From: Nitrospinota bacterium
Lineage (GTDB): Bacteria; Nitrospinota; Nitrospinia; Nitrospinales; VA-1
Direction: 5' to 3'
Length of the DNA: 64,000 bases
Assembly: GCA_038108555.1 (NCBI GenBank)
Contig: JAYNIA010000004.1
Location: 32,001-96,000 of the forward strand
The notes below the pieces were generated by a model. That model was given only the letters and a program-made list of their open reading frames with translations, was not told where the DNA came from and searched no databases. The position numbers and the translations under genes are program-made. This document shows, in pieces, positions 17,758-28,025 of the stretch. The stretch's first letter is position 1; every line of letters begins with the position of its first letter.

Positions 17758-18345
17758 TCATAATTTCGCCTTTCCCGCCAGGGGATATCTAAAACAATCA
17801 GTTGTGTGGTCATTCACCATTCCCGTGGCCTGCATGAAAGCATAGCAAATGGTGGACCCGACAAATTTGAACCCTCTTTTTTTCAAATCTTTACTCATTG
17901 CATCCGACTCCGGGGTGGTTGCCGGAATTTGCTTAAGGGATTTCCATTTGTTTTTTTTGGGTTTCCCTCCGACAAATTGCCAGATGTATTTATCAAAGCT
18001 GCCAAATTCCTTTTGGACTTTTAAAAACGCCAGGGCATTGGTAACCGATGCGGCTACTTTCAAACGATTTCGCACAATCCCTTTATCATTTAACAATTGC
18101 TGTTGTTTTTCTTTGTTAAATCTTGCAACTTTTTTAGGGTCAAACTTTTTATATACCTTTCGATAGTTTTCCGGCTTGTTGAGAATGGTCGTCCAACTAA
18201 GCCCTGCCTGCGCTCCTTCTAAAATTAAAAATTCAAACAGGGTAATATCATCGTGTACCGGAACGCCCCATTCCTCATCATGGTATTTAATTTCCAACTC
18301 CGTGGGTTTTGAAGAATGCCCGACCCACGCGCATCGCTTGATCAT
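17758..18345 (-). CDS. tag: DNA-3-methyladenine glycosylase I
   Basis: RCAW...YHDEEWG, LEGAQAGLSW, FKFVGSTICYAFMQATGMVNDH. Confidence 0.95.
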   Translation of the reverse strand: MIKRCAWVGHSSKPTELEIKYHDEEWGVPVHDDITLFEFLILEGAQAGLSWTTILNKPENYRKVYKKFDPKKVARFNKEKQQQLLNDKGIVRNRLKVAASVTNALAFLKVQKEFGSFDKYIWQFVGGKPKKNKWKSLKQIPATTPESDAMSKDLKKRGFKFVGSTICYAFMQATGMVNDHTTDCFRYPLAGKAKL

Positions 18346-18367
18346 TAAAAAATTATTTCCTGATATA

Positions 18368-18718
18368 TTATTCTGACCAGACTGCCAACTCGTTTCCATT
18401 GGGATCTCGAAAATGAAACCTCTTTCCTCCGGGAAATTCATAGATAGGTTTTGTTATTCCCCCTCCCGCTTTTTTTACCTCTTTAAATTTCTTATCGCGT
18501 TCGTTTGTATAAAGAACGACCAGCACTCCGGGAGGGGAAATTTGAGCTTCACCCAATCCGTTAAATCCGCCATCAATATTTGCGCCTGAAAAACTGATGT
18601 AGTCCGGTCCCCAATCGGTAAACTCCCACTCGAAAACTTTTGAGTAGAAATTTTTCGTTTCCGCATTTTTAATCATGGGCAGTTCAATATAATTGATACT
18701 GTTATTTATGTTTTCCAT
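18368..18718 (-). CDS. VOC (glyoxalase/bleomycin-resistance) family protein
   Basis: INYIELP...FYSKVFEWEFTDWGPDY...FPGGKRFHFRDPNGNELAVWSE. Confidence 0.9.
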   Translation of the reverse strand: MENINNSINYIELPMIKNAETKNFYSKVFEWEFTDWGPDYISFSGANIDGGFNGLGEAQISPPGVLVVLYTNERDKKFKEVKKAGGGITKPIYEFPGGKRFHFRDPNGNELAVWSE

Positions 18719-18770
18719 TTTTCCAAACCTGTTAAAGGGGAACGGAAAATCCGCCCCCATAAAAATTTAT

Positions 18771-19226
18771 CTAAACAAACATGGTTTTCATAGCTTCCTG
18801 CATCTCTTCTGGCGATACATCCCGCATATGTTGAGCAATCGTCCATTCAACATTGAATGGGTCGTGGAGCGTACCCATTCGGTCACCCCAGAACATTTCT
18901 TCGATGCCCTTGATTTCCTTCATACCTCCCTTTTTTGCCTTATTAAATGCTTCTTCCAAATCATTAACATAAACATAAAAGGAAATTCGGGAACTTCCGT
19001 TTTTAGACCCTACAGGCTTTTCACTCGCCATGGGGCAAGGGGAGCCTACCATCAAAACAGCAGTTCCAACCTGGACTTCTGCATACTTCAACTCCCCATC
19101 GGGAGTGAACAGGGTTAATCGTTCCTCAGCCCCAAGAGTATTTTTGTAAAACTCAAGGGCTTTGGAAGGATCATCAAATTCTATAAAGGGCGTTATGGAA
19201 GTTAAACCTTCAGGGATAGTAGTCAT
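18771..19226 (-). CDS. VOC family (PhnB-like) protein
   Basis: IPEG.TSITP, ALEFYK..LGAEE, MFWGDRMG.LHDPF. Confidence 0.9.
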   Translation of the reverse strand: MTTIPEGLTSITPFIEFDDPSKALEFYKNTLGAEERLTLFTPDGELKYAEVQVGTAVLMVGSPCPMASEKPVGSKNGSSRISFYVYVNDLEEAFNKAKKGGMKEIKGIEEMFWGDRMGTLHDPFNVEWTIAQHMRDVSPEEMQEAMKTMFV

Positions 19227-19293
19227 AAATTTCTCCTTTTGTAAAGTTACGCCCGCTACGGGGCGAGCTTACCCAACATTTTCCTCAACCCTC

Positions 19294-19311
19294 CTGACAG
19301 CATATTGTCAG
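19294..19311. promoter_or_regulatory. Putative YafY/WYL regulator operator
   Basis: CTGACA-gcatat-TGTCAG palindrome between the divergent VOC and WYL genes. Confidence 0.7.
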
Positions 19312-19355
19312 TAGAGTGGCAGCAGGGTAGAATTAAATTAAAAAAGGAGATTAGA

Positions 19356-20033
19356 ATGCGCCGGGCAGACCGATTATTCCGTATCGTAGAGCACTTGAAA
19401 GCCAGAAGAGGGCCGGTGATCGCACAATCGCTTGCGGAAAAATTCGAAGTGAGTGTTCGTACCATTTACCGGGACATAGCAGATTTAGGTGCATCGGGAG
19501 TTCCGATCATCGGAGAAGCAGGCATAGGCTATATGCTGGACAGAAACTATATTGTCCGTCCCCTGATGTTCGACATAGAAGAGTTGGACGCCCTGGTGCT
19601 TGGGGCTCAAATGGTGGAAAGCTGGGGGGACAAAGGATTGATTCAAGCTGCCCAGCATGCCATTGACAAAATAACATCGGTTCTTCCTGAAAGCCTGCAA
19701 CGGGAAATTTCAGAAACTTTTCTTTTCTCATTACCATCGCAGGCCAGTCCTGTTATTTCCATCGACTTTACGAGCCTTCGCCGGGCCATCCGCAGCAAAA
19801 ACTTTGTCGAATTTAACTACCAAAGAGAAGATGGTCAGAGATCCAAACGCAAAATCCGCCCCCTATGCCTCGCTTTTTTTGGTCCCGTTTGGCTTTTATG
19901 CGGGTGGTGCGAAATGCGCCATGATTTTAGAAATTTTCGCCTGGATAGAATGAAAAATATGAAAATCGCCAAAGAACAGTTTGCTGAAGAAAAAGGAAAA
20001 CGGTTGAAGGATTACAAAGAAATGATGTGTTGA
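19356..20033 (+). CDS. YafY family HTH-WYL transcriptional regulator
   Basis: MRRADRLF, EVSVRTIYRDI, WLLCGWCEMRHDFRNFRLDR. Confidence 0.93.
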   Translation: MRRADRLFRIVEHLKARRGPVIAQSLAEKFEVSVRTIYRDIADLGASGVPIIGEAGIGYMLDRNYIVRPLMFDIEELDALVLGAQMVESWGDKGLIQAAQHAIDKITSVLPESLQREISETFLFSLPSQASPVISIDFTSLRRAIRSKNFVEFNYQREDGQRSKRKIRPLCLAFFGPVWLLCGWCEMRHDFRNFRLDRMKNMKIAKEQFAEEKGKRLKDYKEMMC

Positions 20034-20164
20034 ATTTCTTCCTTCTCGGGAAACCCAATATTTAGCCACCAAAGCAAGCTCCGCTTGCTATTGAGGTCTG
20101 GAATTTGGTATATTTTTTAATTACAGAAAGAATTTAATGACCCTCATTGTCAGGAGATACAATA

Positions 20165-20533
20165 ATGTCCAATTCTGCCGCAGCATTGAAAGAAGCTGTT
20201 GAATTTGAAAAGAAAGCCTTGGAAAAATACCAGGAGGCTGCTTCTTTGGTGAAGCACGAAGAAACAAAAGAAACCATTCAAAAAATTACTACGGATAAGC
20301 AGCAGACGATTGAATCCATGCATTGGATCATCATGGCAGAAGCCGGTAAAATTGAGACCGAAAAGCCTGCAGAACAGGCGGAAGGCGAAGCCCCCAAAAG
20401 TGGTGCCAGCAAATGCCCATTTAGTGGCGCTCTGGCAGAAATGGGAATTGATATCACCAAAATGTCAAAAGAAGAAGCCATGGCGAAAATGGGTGATATG
20501 TCCAAAATTTTTCCGGAAAGCTCAGACTCCTAA
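20165..20533 (+). CDS. Hypothetical protein with ferritin/rubrerythrin-like N-terminal helices
   Basis: ALKEAVEFEKKALEKYQEAA; KCPF motif; AGGAG RBS. Confidence 0.5.
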   Translation: MSNSAAALKEAVEFEKKALEKYQEAASLVKHEETKETIQKITTDKQQTIESMHWIIMAEAGKIETEKPAEQAEGEAPKSGASKCPFSGALAEMGIDITKMSKEEAMAKMGDMSKIFPESSDS

Positions 20534-20539
20534 ACTCCG

Positions 20540-20956
20540 ATGTCGGCTGAAATTACATTCTTGATTGAATGTCCGGCCTGTGGCATTGAGAACCTGCTTG
20601 CAGACTTTACCCCGGGAAGTTCTGCAATTTGCAACCAATGCCGAGAATCCCTATTGTGCTCAAATCTTGTCGAATCTCATAAGGGCCATACCTGCGATGA
20701 CTGCGGTATGGTTTATATTATGAAAAGTGAAACCGATTTTGTGTCGGGAGAATCGGAGTGCCAATGCGGCTCGACGGAATTCAGCCCATTTGATATCGGA
20801 CCTTTTGTGGAAAATCTTTTAGCAGCGGAAGCAGCCTGTCTGGCCGAAGAAGATGAAGAAAATGGAGATTTTGACTGGTGCCGATCTGACCCGGATGACC
20901 CCCTGGAAGGGGATTACAACAATATTTTTGATGATGACCCGGGGTTCGGCAGATAG
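20540..20956 (+). CDS. Cys-rich double zinc-ribbon protein with acidic tail
   Basis: CPAC, CNQC, CDDC, CQCG motifs. Confidence 0.65.
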   Translation: MSAEITFLIECPACGIENLLADFTPGSSAICNQCRESLLCSNLVESHKGHTCDDCGMVYIMKSETDFVSGESECQCGSTEFSPFDIGPFVENLLAAEAACLAEEDEENGDFDWCRSDPDDPLEGDYNNIFDDDPGFGR

Positions 20957-21099
20957 ATTTCCCCTACTTTTAGAATCTTTTCCCCCTTCTTGAGAATATC
21001 CCCTTTCCCATTGAAATTATTAATTTTATTTGTTAAATCCCCGATATTAGATATAATAAAAGTTTAATTTTCCCAAAATAATGTAAATCTTTAAATTCT

Positions 21100-22320
21100 A
21101 TGAATGAGAAAAAGCCTCTCGATGGAAACGTCTGGAGAGACAACCTTAAGGATGCGCTGGATTTAATCAATAGCAGTGAAAGTTTTCTGTTCAGTGGAGA
21201 CATTGACCCGGATTCAGTAGGATCCATGCTTTCTCTTTCACTCTACCTGCATCAGTTGGATAAAAAAGTATATTTGATACTTCCAGAATATCTGGGAGAG
21301 AATCTGGATTTCTTTGAGAAAATTATCGAATATAACGCAATCACCATCTTGCGGAACAAGGATCAAATTGAATCCGTTAAAAATGATATCGAAACCATCA
21401 TTTTTTGTGACACCGCAAATACAAAACTGGTACCCCACTACTCTTTTATTGCTGAAAAAATTCTTACCCGAAAACCCAAGGTGATTGAGATTGATCACCA
21501 TTTTGGGGCGGACAGTGAAGAGCTTACAGACTATGGAATTAAATTATTTCGTAAAGCCAATGCAAACACGGAAATAATTGGGAAAATTCTTTTAACGTAT
21601 CATGAGAAATACCATGAAGGCCCCAACCCCTTCGACCAACGCAATATTATTCTCGGTCTAATCACTGGCATGCTGGGGGACACAGTGGGCGGAAAAGTGA
21701 TTCCCTACAAAGAAGATTACGATGACTGGATGGATCTGCTCCAGGACCGACTCAAAAGTATCACCCGTTGGAGAGAATCTGATCCCGACCGGGGTCCTGA
21801 CGATAAGGAATCGAAGTTTGGAGATCCCAAACAGATCCTGGCTTACCTGAATCGACTGACTGAAGAACAGGAGGCCTGCTTCAACCTGCTCAATAGCCGG
21901 GTCGAATTAAAAGGAAAAATCGGCTTTTTAAACTTATTCCCATCCACACAGGAAGAGGTCAAAAACACGTGCAAGCCTTTTGACTCCGACTGGTTTGCAG
22001 ATATTCAAAATTTTCTTTTGAACTCCGTGCCTGAAAAATCAGGTTGCGCCGGAATGGTCGTTTTTGAAGGACAAAATGCAGACGGCGAAGATTGTTTCTT
22101 CATAAAAATCCGGCGGGCGGTTAAGTTCCAGGGAATCGACCTGCGAACGGCAGAAGAAAAATTGAAAGGTTTATTTGGAGACCTTTATATGGGTGGAGGC
22201 GGACATGCAGGAGCCGTTTCTTTTAGAATCCATACCATGGATGAAAAAGAGTTCCTGGAAAAAATCGAAACCATCTTCGAATTTTTCAACCAAAGCCTGA
22301 TGGCCGCCAGCGATAAATAA
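21100..22320 (+). CDS. DHH family phosphoesterase
   Basis: DPDSVGS, FCDTA, IDHH, GGGGHAGA. Confidence 0.8.
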   Translation: MNEKKPLDGNVWRDNLKDALDLINSSESFLFSGDIDPDSVGSMLSLSLYLHQLDKKVYLILPEYLGENLDFFEKIIEYNAITILRNKDQIESVKNDIETIIFCDTANTKLVPHYSFIAEKILTRKPKVIEIDHHFGADSEELTDYGIKLFRKANANTEIIGKILLTYHEKYHEGPNPFDQRNIILGLITGMLGDTVGGKVIPYKEDYDDWMDLLQDRLKSITRWRESDPDRGPDDKESKFGDPKQILAYLNRLTEEQEACFNLLNSRVELKGKIGFLNLFPSTQEEVKNTCKPFDSDWFADIQNFLLNSVPEKSGCAGMVVFEGQNADGEDCFFIKIRRAVKFQGIDLRTAEEKLKGLFGDLYMGGGGHAGAVSFRIHTMDEKEFLEKIETIFEFFNQSLMAASDK

Positions 22321-22331
22321 TCGGCTCCCAA

Positions 22332-23465
22332 TCACTTCCCCAATACCTTTTTGTAAAGAGCCACCGTTTTTTCGACCATTGAGGTTTGAGAAAATTCGTC
22401 CCGTATCCTCACGACACCATTCTGCGCCATTGCCTGATGTTCCTCAGACCCAAGTGCCAACATGTTCAGGATCGCATTCGCCAAAGGTTTTACTGAATTG
22501 GCCGGAACCAATAATCCTTCCACAGACTTCCGGACAATGTCGTTATTACCGGGGATATCCGTTGCAATGACCGGCTTTTTCATTGCCAGGGCCTCCAGCA
22601 AATTATAGGGAAGACCTTCGCTTTGAGAAGGAGAGATATAATAATCGGCACATTTGATTAACTCCAGGGCATCCTCTCGGGCTCCTAAAAGTTTTACCGA
22701 TTCGCTCAAACCGTTAGCTTCAATATACTGTTTAACTTTTTCAATATATTTCTTATGCTCAGCAGGACAATCCCCAATTATTATCAACCGAATGTGCGGA
22801 ACCACTTTTTTTGCTTCGGCAAATCCTTCCAGCAAGGTCATTAATCCTTTTTCCGGTGAGACTCTTGAAAGGGTGGCAAAAACTTTCTCCTCTTCCAAAC
22901 CCCGTAATCCCATTGAAGAAAAAGCTATATTTGCCGGGGCCAGATTCTGTATGGAGTCCAGGTCAATGCCATTGTTTATAACTGTTGAATTGGAATCATT
23001 CAGAAACCACAAAATTTTTGCATTCGCTTTTTCACCATTGCCAACAAAAATATGATGTCGGGTTATTAAGGTTAGAAAATTTTCAACCATCAGGTAAAAC
23101 AATTTATTGAATAGCGGCAGCAACTTATATTGAAATCCATGAAAGGTGTGGACTACGGGAATTCCCAGCAACCTTCCCGCAAGCCGGCCATAAAGTCCGG
23201 GGCCTTTTCCATGCGTATGAATTAGATCCGGTTTTTCTTTCCGCAGAATTTTAAGCAGTTCGAGAAAGGTGGATAACGAAAGCTTTCTTAAAACCAGATC
23301 GTAGGGAGTGATTCCCAGGGACATAAACTTTTCCCAGTAAGCCCCATCCTTACGTGTGCACATCATGAGGTTCCATTCGTTCCGGTCCAACTTCTCCAGA
23401 AGGCCATAGATTTGCCTGGGGCCTCCTCCCGGTGCGGTGGTTCCACTGATGATCGCAAGTTTCAT
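22332..23465 (-). CDS. Glycosyltransferase family 4
   Basis: DLIHTHG, HTFHG, PSQSEGLPYNLLEALA...VIATDIPG. Confidence 0.9.
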   Translation of the reverse strand: MKLAIISGTTAPGGGPRQIYGLLEKLDRNEWNLMMCTRKDGAYWEKFMSLGITPYDLVLRKLSLSTFLELLKILRKEKPDLIHTHGKGPGLYGRLAGRLLGIPVVHTFHGFQYKLLPLFNKLFYLMVENFLTLITRHHIFVGNGEKANAKILWFLNDSNSTVINNGIDLDSIQNLAPANIAFSSMGLRGLEEEKVFATLSRVSPEKGLMTLLEGFAEAKKVVPHIRLIIIGDCPAEHKKYIEKVKQYIEANGLSESVKLLGAREDALELIKCADYYISPSQSEGLPYNLLEALAMKKPVIATDIPGNNDIVRKSVEGLLVPANSVKPLANAILNMLALGSEEHQAMAQNGVVRIRDEFSQTSMVEKTVALYKKVLGK

Positions 23466-23604
23466 GATTAAAGCTGAGGGGTCATTTTCAATATTTGAAC
23501 AAAATCATCTATCTTAATAGTACGATATTTTTTTAGCAATTTTGAATTTAAAACTACGAGGGAAGGATTGCGAAAAATCAGGAGGAAGGGGATTTAAAAC
23601 AGTA

Positions 23605-23632
23605 AAAGAAGGTGGCCCGAAGGCCACCCAAT
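23605..23632 (-). terminator. Intrinsic terminator hairpin
   Basis: GGTGGCC-CGAA-GGCCACC downstream of the 23654-24508 gene, followed by a U-rich tract on the minus strand. Confidence 0.6.
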
Positions 23633-23653
23633 TTCCCACCGGGCGTTGCCCGG

Positions 23654-24508
23654 TTACATTTCGTTTCCAATTCCGTTTTCGTCGGAAGGCAACATATTAT
23701 CATCCTCGATAGCCAGCGCCACGCGTGGGTCAGATACCAGACTATCTTTGATGACACTTAATAAAGTGGAGGCATCTGTCAGGAAGGCATTCAGGGTAGA
23801 ATCATCTATTTCCCTGACCGAAAGATTCTCATACAGGCTGACAAGATTATCTGTCCGAGCAATGGACTCGCCTATTTCTGAATAAGGGATGTTCCTGTTT
23901 TTACTATCGATTCCCCTTTGAGCGTATGCGATCCATTTATCAACGTCTGCTTCATCGTTGCCGAGGTCAACATACATTTCCCGCATTTTTTCTTTTCCAT
24001 ATTTCTGCAGTTCTTCAACCTTCTTTCGCCCCCATCCATCCAGAGGCATTCCTTTGGCTCCACGACATAATTGTTTGAGTGAAAAGACCAGTCGGTTGAG
24101 TTGGCTATCTATCTGCATTCCATAATCCGTATATTTTCTTGCGTCAGCAGTCTTTTCAAAAACATGCCAGGCTCCCCCGCGTTTTTGAATTGCGGTCCGT
24201 CTTTTATCCAGGGCAGTGGCTGCTGCAAGACATTCCTCTTCAGAGCTCAAGCTCGAAGGGGAAGCTTCCCTGAGCTTTTTGGCTAATCGGGAATCGACTG
24301 AAAGGTTGGGTAGACTATCTTCTTTTGAATATGCATTTATGCTTGCTGAAGATTTAGAAACTGTCTCTTTTCGCACCCAGGTGTTTTCTTTGACCGGCAT
24401 TTGTACGGGTCCTTCCTGGGCTGCCTCCGGGCTACAGCTCATTACTAAAACCCCGCCAATCATTACAGATAAAATTATTTGTAAACGCTTCATTTTAGAC
24501 ATACTCAA
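23654..24508 (-). CDS. Hypothetical lipoprotein
   Basis: Lipobox-like VLVMSC after a hydrophobic signal. Confidence 0.65.
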   Translation of the reverse strand: MSMSKMKRLQIILSVMIGGVLVMSCSPEAAQEGPVQMPVKENTWVRKETVSKSSASINAYSKEDSLPNLSVDSRLAKKLREASPSSLSSEEECLAAATALDKRRTAIQKRGGAWHVFEKTADARKYTDYGMQIDSQLNRLVFSLKQLCRGAKGMPLDGWGRKKVEELQKYGKEKMREMYVDLGNDEADVDKWIAYAQRGIDSKNRNIPYSEIGESIARTDNLVSLYENLSVREIDDSTLNAFLTDASTLLSVIKDSLVSDPRVALAIEDDNMLPSDENGIGNEM

Positions 24509-24752
24509 CTCTCAAGATTTTGTAAAAAAAGGATGTAGTTTTATACACTAATTTTTTTGCCCCTGCAAAAAATGAAAGGATTGAACTAATAAGATGGCCC
24601 CAAAATAAGTAGGATTCGACAAAAAAATGGCGTTTTTTCAATTTTTTTTCAAACCTTACGCCAAAAGCAACCCACCCCTCTAAATACCACAAACCATTAT
24701 AAACAAACTATTTACAACCATCTCAACCCTTTAAATCTTGAAAAATTACCCG

Positions 24753-24768
24753 AGGCACACGAATTGCA
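24753..24768 (+). promoter_or_regulatory. Sigma54 (-24/-12) promoter candidate
   Basis: AGGCACACGAATTGCA, i.e. GG-N10-GC. Confidence 0.6.
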
Positions 24769-24843
24769 GAATTCCTTGAGTAAATTAAAGGAATTGTCGT
24801 TAAGAGATTTATAAAAACTCAGAATATCAAAGGTTTGTATACA

Positions 24844-25416
24844 ATGAGAATCCAAAAATTAATTTATTTACTGATTACCGTCATCTTTCTAACTGGCTGC
24901 GAAGTAAAAATGGGGCCGTCTAGTTTCTGGAGCAAAGTGTTCCGAACACAAACAGACTCCAAATATTATGAAGAAAAGACCGAAGACTTGGTACAAACCC
25001 TGACAGAAGATGTCGCTGAATATGAAATTAACAAAGTGACTGTTTTTGATCTTGTAGATGAAGAAAACAAAACTCCTATTCTCGGAGAATATATTTCCAC
25101 AAGAATTGTTGAAGCCATCACTAAGAAATATTTCTTTCGTGATAAAACTTTCCGCGTAGCACAAAAGGGCGAGGTTAAATCGGTATTGGATTCGTTAAAG
25201 CTGGAACCTTCTTTTCATTACAACAAAAATGAGTTGCGGCATTTGGGGAAAGCCCTCCACTCACAGGCAGTCATCACGGGAAGGATTACAGATCTGGGAA
25301 CCAACCTGGATGTTCATGTCACTCTGACGGATGTTATGAGTGGAGAAGTCATCGCATCTGCTTCTGAGCCTTTGACACGAACCAAATTTGCAGTTGAGAT
25401 GCTGCGTCATCATTAG
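24844..25416 (+). CDS. FlgO/CsgG-like outer-membrane lipoprotein
   Basis: Lipobox FLTGC; VTVFDLV...LGEYIS...AVITGRI...DVMSGEVIASAS. Confidence 0.6.
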   Translation: MRIQKLIYLLITVIFLTGCEVKMGPSSFWSKVFRTQTDSKYYEEKTEDLVQTLTEDVAEYEINKVTVFDLVDEENKTPILGEYISTRIVEAITKKYFFRDKTFRVAQKGEVKSVLDSLKLEPSFHYNKNELRHLGKALHSQAVITGRITDLGTNLDVHVTLTDVMSGEVIASASEPLTRTKFAVEMLRHH

Positions 25417-25428
25417 GAAGGGAAGGGC

Positions 25429-27405
25429 CTAATCCTCTGCAATGGCCCTGCGATATCGACCCAGCGCCATTAAAGGAAAGAAGTGCTGGTACATATGATA
25501 TTTGATGAAGAAATGGATGGGGAATCCCGTTCCGGTAAACTCATCTTCCCACCAGGTTCCCATTTCATTTTGAGTTCGAACTAAATATTCCACACCCCGT
25601 TTAGCAGCTTCGCCTTTGGCGGCACCTCCTGCTATTAATCCCAATAAAGCCCATGCGGTTTGTGAAGCCGTGCTATTGCCACGTCCACGCAAACTGGGTT
25701 CTTCATAACTCTGGCAGGTTTCGCCCCAACCCCCATCTTCATTTTGATGCGTTTCCAACCATTGAACGGCTTTGCGGCTGAAAGGTTGATTCAGGTCTTC
25801 ACCCATGTGGGCCAACCCGTTCATCGCCAGGAAGGTTCCATAAATATAATTCACGCCCCAGCGACCGAACCAGCAACCGTCCAGCTCCTGACTTTCCTTA
25901 ATATACTTTAAGGCACGTGCCACTTGCGGGTGTTCCCTTTTGAATCCCCATTGCGACAGCATCCATAAAATCCGGCTGGAAACATCAACTGTGGGTGGGT
26001 CGAGCAAGGCTTTGTGATCTGCAAAGGGAACTTCATTCAAAACCTCTTTATCATTATCGATATCAAAGGCTCCCCATCCCCCATTTTTACTTTGCATGCT
26101 AAGCAGCCAACTCATCGCCCTCTGACAATCTTCGAGCTTTTTTCTCACATCGGGAATATCCAACCGGTTTAAAGCCAGCAGAATTTCTGCGGTATCGTCG
26201 GTGTCCGGATATAATTCGTTGTAAAACTCAAACGCCCATCCCCCCGGTTCTGCTTCCGGATTTTTTATTTGCCAATCCCCCCGCTTGACCACCTGTTTTG
26301 AAAGAATCCATTCACCAGCTTTAACCAAGCTAGGATCGCTGGTGGGCACGCCCGAGTCCATGAGTGCGTTTAAGCAAATTGCGGTATCCCATAACGGTGA
26401 AACACAAGCCTGCATCCAAAGCCGGTCTTCTTTTTCCAGCAGGAACCTTTCCACTCCTTCCATCCCCTTGATGCAAGCCGGGTTTTCCTTGGAGTATCCC
26501 ATTAAATGTAAGGCCAGAAGGGAATTGAGCATGGCAGGTTGAATGCCCGCCCAGTCGCCTTCCTCTTCCTGATGCTCCAGCGTCCATCGTTCCACCTCAC
26601 GCATTGCCATTTTTCGAAACGGTTTCCAGGGAATTTTTCCTGCAAGTTTCAGGATTTTATCCAGATAGATAAAGGTGTTGCTCCAACTGGTGAAGGGCAG
26701 GCCAGTCGGCTTAAAGTCTAGGTCATAATCATTTTCCGTGAAAAGCTCCTGAACATCCCTACCTTCGGGCAATTTATGAACCGGTTCTAGAGAGCGAACC
26801 ACCGAAAGGGGAACCACAGTTCCCCGTGACCAACTGGAAATTTCATATATATTGAAATAAAAATTATTCGGCAACAAAACGATTTCCATGGGTATGGCAG
26901 GGCAGACATCCCACGGGACCTGGCCGAACATGGCCAGGAAAATTTTAGTGAAGACACGGGTTTTTTTAATGCCCCCGTTTTTCTTGATGGCGTTTCTGGC
27001 ACGCACCATTTCTTCCCGGTCGGCAGGCACCCCTGCCATTTTCAGTGCCATATAAGATTCAACGGTGGAATTGATATCGCATAGCCCCCCATGAAAAAGA
27101 GCCCAACTTCCATCTTCTCTCTGCTGGTGCAGCAGATAATTGACGATCTTTTGTTGCCGGTCGAGATCGAGCCGATCGGTGAAATGCATGAAAAAAATCA
27201 GCTCAGCGGTAATGGTTACATTGGATTCCAGTTCATCGACCCAGTAACCCTCTTCATGCTGGCAAGACAACAAATAATCCCGCGACCGTTCAATACAACG
27301 GCTTAAAGGGTCCCCATTTGGGGGGGTGCCGTCAGTTGACAAAGGGGGTTCTTCCATTTCCGTAACTTTCTCCATATTTTCCATACAGTTAGGGGGCTTC
27401 CGCAA
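25429..27405 (-). CDS. shc: Squalene-hopene cyclase
   Basis: YPDTDDTA (DxDD), repeated QxxxGxW motifs, FTGTGFP. Confidence 0.96.
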   Translation of the reverse strand: MRKPPNCMENMEKVTEMEEPPLSTDGTPPNGDPLSRCIERSRDYLLSCQHEEGYWVDELESNVTITAELIFFMHFTDRLDLDRQQKIVNYLLHQQREDGSWALFHGGLCDINSTVESYMALKMAGVPADREEMVRARNAIKKNGGIKKTRVFTKIFLAMFGQVPWDVCPAIPMEIVLLPNNFYFNIYEISSWSRGTVVPLSVVRSLEPVHKLPEGRDVQELFTENDYDLDFKPTGLPFTSWSNTFIYLDKILKLAGKIPWKPFRKMAMREVERWTLEHQEEEGDWAGIQPAMLNSLLALHLMGYSKENPACIKGMEGVERFLLEKEDRLWMQACVSPLWDTAICLNALMDSGVPTSDPSLVKAGEWILSKQVVKRGDWQIKNPEAEPGGWAFEFYNELYPDTDDTAEILLALNRLDIPDVRKKLEDCQRAMSWLLSMQSKNGGWGAFDIDNDKEVLNEVPFADHKALLDPPTVDVSSRILWMLSQWGFKREHPQVARALKYIKESQELDGCWFGRWGVNYIYGTFLAMNGLAHMGEDLNQPFSRKAVQWLETHQNEDGGWGETCQSYEEPSLRGRGNSTASQTAWALLGLIAGGAAKGEAAKRGVEYLVRTQNEMGTWWEDEFTGTGFPIHFFIKYHMYQHFFPLMALGRYRRAIAED

Positions 27406-27485
27406 AATTTATTCAAGAAGTCTAAATTAACCCATTTTATGATATAAAGCAAAACCCACTTCCGGCTATTTTGGAACAAAACCCA

Positions 27486-27514
27486 TTGACAATAGGGGGA
27501 TTCTCTTTTAATAT
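27486..27514 (+). promoter_or_regulatory. Sigma70 promoter of rplM-rpsI
   Basis: TTGACA-17 nt-TAATAT. Confidence 0.7.
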
Positions 27515-27558
27515 AGCCCGTTTACGACAATTGAAATTTTTTTATAGAGCAGGACCTA

Positions 27559-27990
27559 ATGAAGACAACTTATTTTGCAAAACCTGGTGAAGTCGAGAAA
27601 AAATGGGTGATCATTGACGCAACAGATATACCTGTTGGACGAATCGCCAGTAAAGCCGCATCCATCATTCGCGGAAAAACCAAACCTACTTATACTCCCC
27701 ATACAGATACCGGGGATAATGTAATCATCATAAATGCCGCTAAGGTGAAACTGACCGGACAAAAATGGAGTGACAAAGTCTATTACCACCATACCGGTTG
27801 GCCCGGAGGAATCAAGTCCATCACTGCTAAAGAAGTTTTGGAAAAAAAGCCGGCGGACCTTTTGAAAAAAGCCATTCGCGGTATGTTGCCTAAAAACCGA
27901 TTGGGCCGCACCCTGAATAATAATTATCGAATTTACGACACGGCTGAGCATCCGCACGGAAGCCAGAAACCGGAAAGCGTAACCATTTAA
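27559..27990 (+). CDS. rplM: 50S ribosomal protein L13
   Basis: GKTKPTYTPHTDTGD, GMLPKNRLGR. Confidence 0.98.
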   Translation: MKTTYFAKPGEVEKKWVIIDATDIPVGRIASKAASIIRGKTKPTYTPHTDTGDNVIIINAAKVKLTGQKWSDKVYYHHTGWPGGIKSITAKEVLEKKPADLLKKAIRGMLPKNRLGRTLNNNYRIYDTAEHPHGSQKPESVTI

Positions 27991-28025
27991 TCGCACTAAG
28001 AAAAGGACGGAGAGTAATAACAGTT

